Origin: Eledone cirrhosa
Lineage: Eukaryota
DNA length: 64,000 bases
Direction of reading: 5' to 3'
Assembly: GCA_964016885.1 (NCBI GenBank)
Contig: OZ024740.1
Span: forward strand, 59,148,001 to 59,212,000
The notes under the pieces are model-generated. The model searched no databases, had not been told where the DNA came from, and worked only from the letters and a program-made list of their open reading frames with translations. Shown here piece after piece: positions 63,801 through 64,000 of this stretch (position 1 is the first letter of the stretch; each line of letters opens with the position of its first letter). A program made the translations under genes and the position numbers.

Positions 63801-64000
63801 CTGAGGTGGTATGGACATGTGATGCGCATGGAGGATGACCGATGGGTGAAGAAGTGCCAGGAAATGCCAGTTGAAGGAAGACGTGGTAGAGGTAGACCAC
63901 GAAAAACATGGGCGGAGGTGGTGAGAACAGACCTCAGATCATTGAAGCTCACGGTGGAGATGACGAGGGACCGTGACGAGTGGAGAGATGCTGTGCTGAA
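60815..64000 (+). mobile_element. Full-length-like RTE LINE (subfamily C), runs off the window
   Basis: Short 5' UTR with ggtgttaggaagggcatcc, followed by a long ORF. Confidence 0.93.
60975..64000 (+). CDS. RTE APE-RT-PHD polyprotein, apparently uninterrupted (>=1008 codons, stop beyond the window)
   Basis: Starts MKTSHLRVATLNVGTLRGR; YADD at 63066 and WRDAVL at 63981 are in the same frame; the track lists no closed + ORF here. Confidence 0.85.
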   Translation, partial: MKTSHLRVATLNVGTLRGRSAEIAEMLERRQVDVCCVQEVRWRGASARLVVGKRLSYKLFWVGKDDGLGGVGIFLAEKWINKTIEVVRVSNRIIKLRLVVGRRLLTIISVYAPQAGLGKDEKDCFYEQLLQTTTMTEDGDIVMLAGDFNGHVGQLQDGYTGVHGGHGYGSRNEEGVRLLEFCDASTLTICNTNFQKPANHLITYKSGEHISQIDFLLVRQRDRQIVSNTKAYPGEECTPQHRLVVSDISVSKRWNETYRKVWRTKVWKLKDLSLKFKFRKALQDVYDEKEDDLETYDIDNNWKFLRDNLLKATDETCGWSRAPTRQRVTWWWNSSVDKAIRDKRLAWKAWNKGGSREEYTATKREARRQVYLARREAESRRFANVLRREDQRRAVFHIARQCVNANQDVVGDKCVRDDAGVLSVTNDQKKEAWKCHYERLMNVENEWGREKLPLVDPTEGLAIEIDEYRVQEAIREMKNGKAAGPSGIVAEMLKASGDVGTKLVARIINQAIYGGVIPKDWCSSILINCYKGKGDALERSNYRGIKLIDQVMKVAERILAQLIRERVKLDEMQFGFVPGKSTTDALFLVRQMQERFLEKNKPLYLAFVDLEKAFDRVPRSVIWWSLRKLGVEEWLVRTVQTLYRGTLSKVRVGMEFSEEFQIQVGVHQGSVLSPLLFIIVLQAITEEFKTGCPWELLYADDLALMAESVEELENKFRLWKQQLEARGLRVNLAKTKVLMSRKEDKTLIPSGKWPCSICRKGTGINSIKCTQCRSWVHKRCSGIAGKLTGREKYVCSRCTGKLDSRSRTDRHIFQMREGAIEVVDSFRYLGDQISMGGGCSEAIVSRIRTGWKKFRELLPLLTKKGFSLRTKGRLYDACVRSAMLHGSETWAATAEDMRRLERNEASMLRWMCSVNVRERPSINVLREKLCLRGIECSVRERRLRWYGHVMRMEDDRWVKKCQEMPVEGRRGRGRPRKTWAEVVRTDLRSLKLTVEMTRDRDEWRDAVL

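Overview
Eukaryotic (metazoan) repeat-dense DNA with no recognisable host gene. The SINE/RTE repertoire resembles octopod cephalopods (inference). Dozens of mobile elements sit in a matrix of (TA)n and derived microsatellites: RTE-clade LINEs of at least three subfamilies (one ORF apparently intact from 60975 to the window end, all with a PHD-like finger inside the RT region), 5'-truncated Penelope-like elements (GIY-YIG with a CxCx5C linker, Naiad-like), one CR1-group LINE, a DD37D Tc1/mariner remnant, Helitron-like termini and two tRNA-derived SINE families. The most striking signal is about 20 type I hammerhead ribozyme (HHR) motifs, folded by eye. They include three identical 310-bp tandem, highly self-complementary units (retrozyme/circRNA-like), a 424-bp retrozyme-like family, a set of HHRs sharing an extended stem II with a conserved C.C mismatch and covarying flanks, and core variants (U3-A8, A4, U.U at the base of stem II). 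Most ORFs in the supplied track are microsatellite or antisense artefacts. RNA structures and subfamily labels A/B/C are my own manual assignments and are untested.
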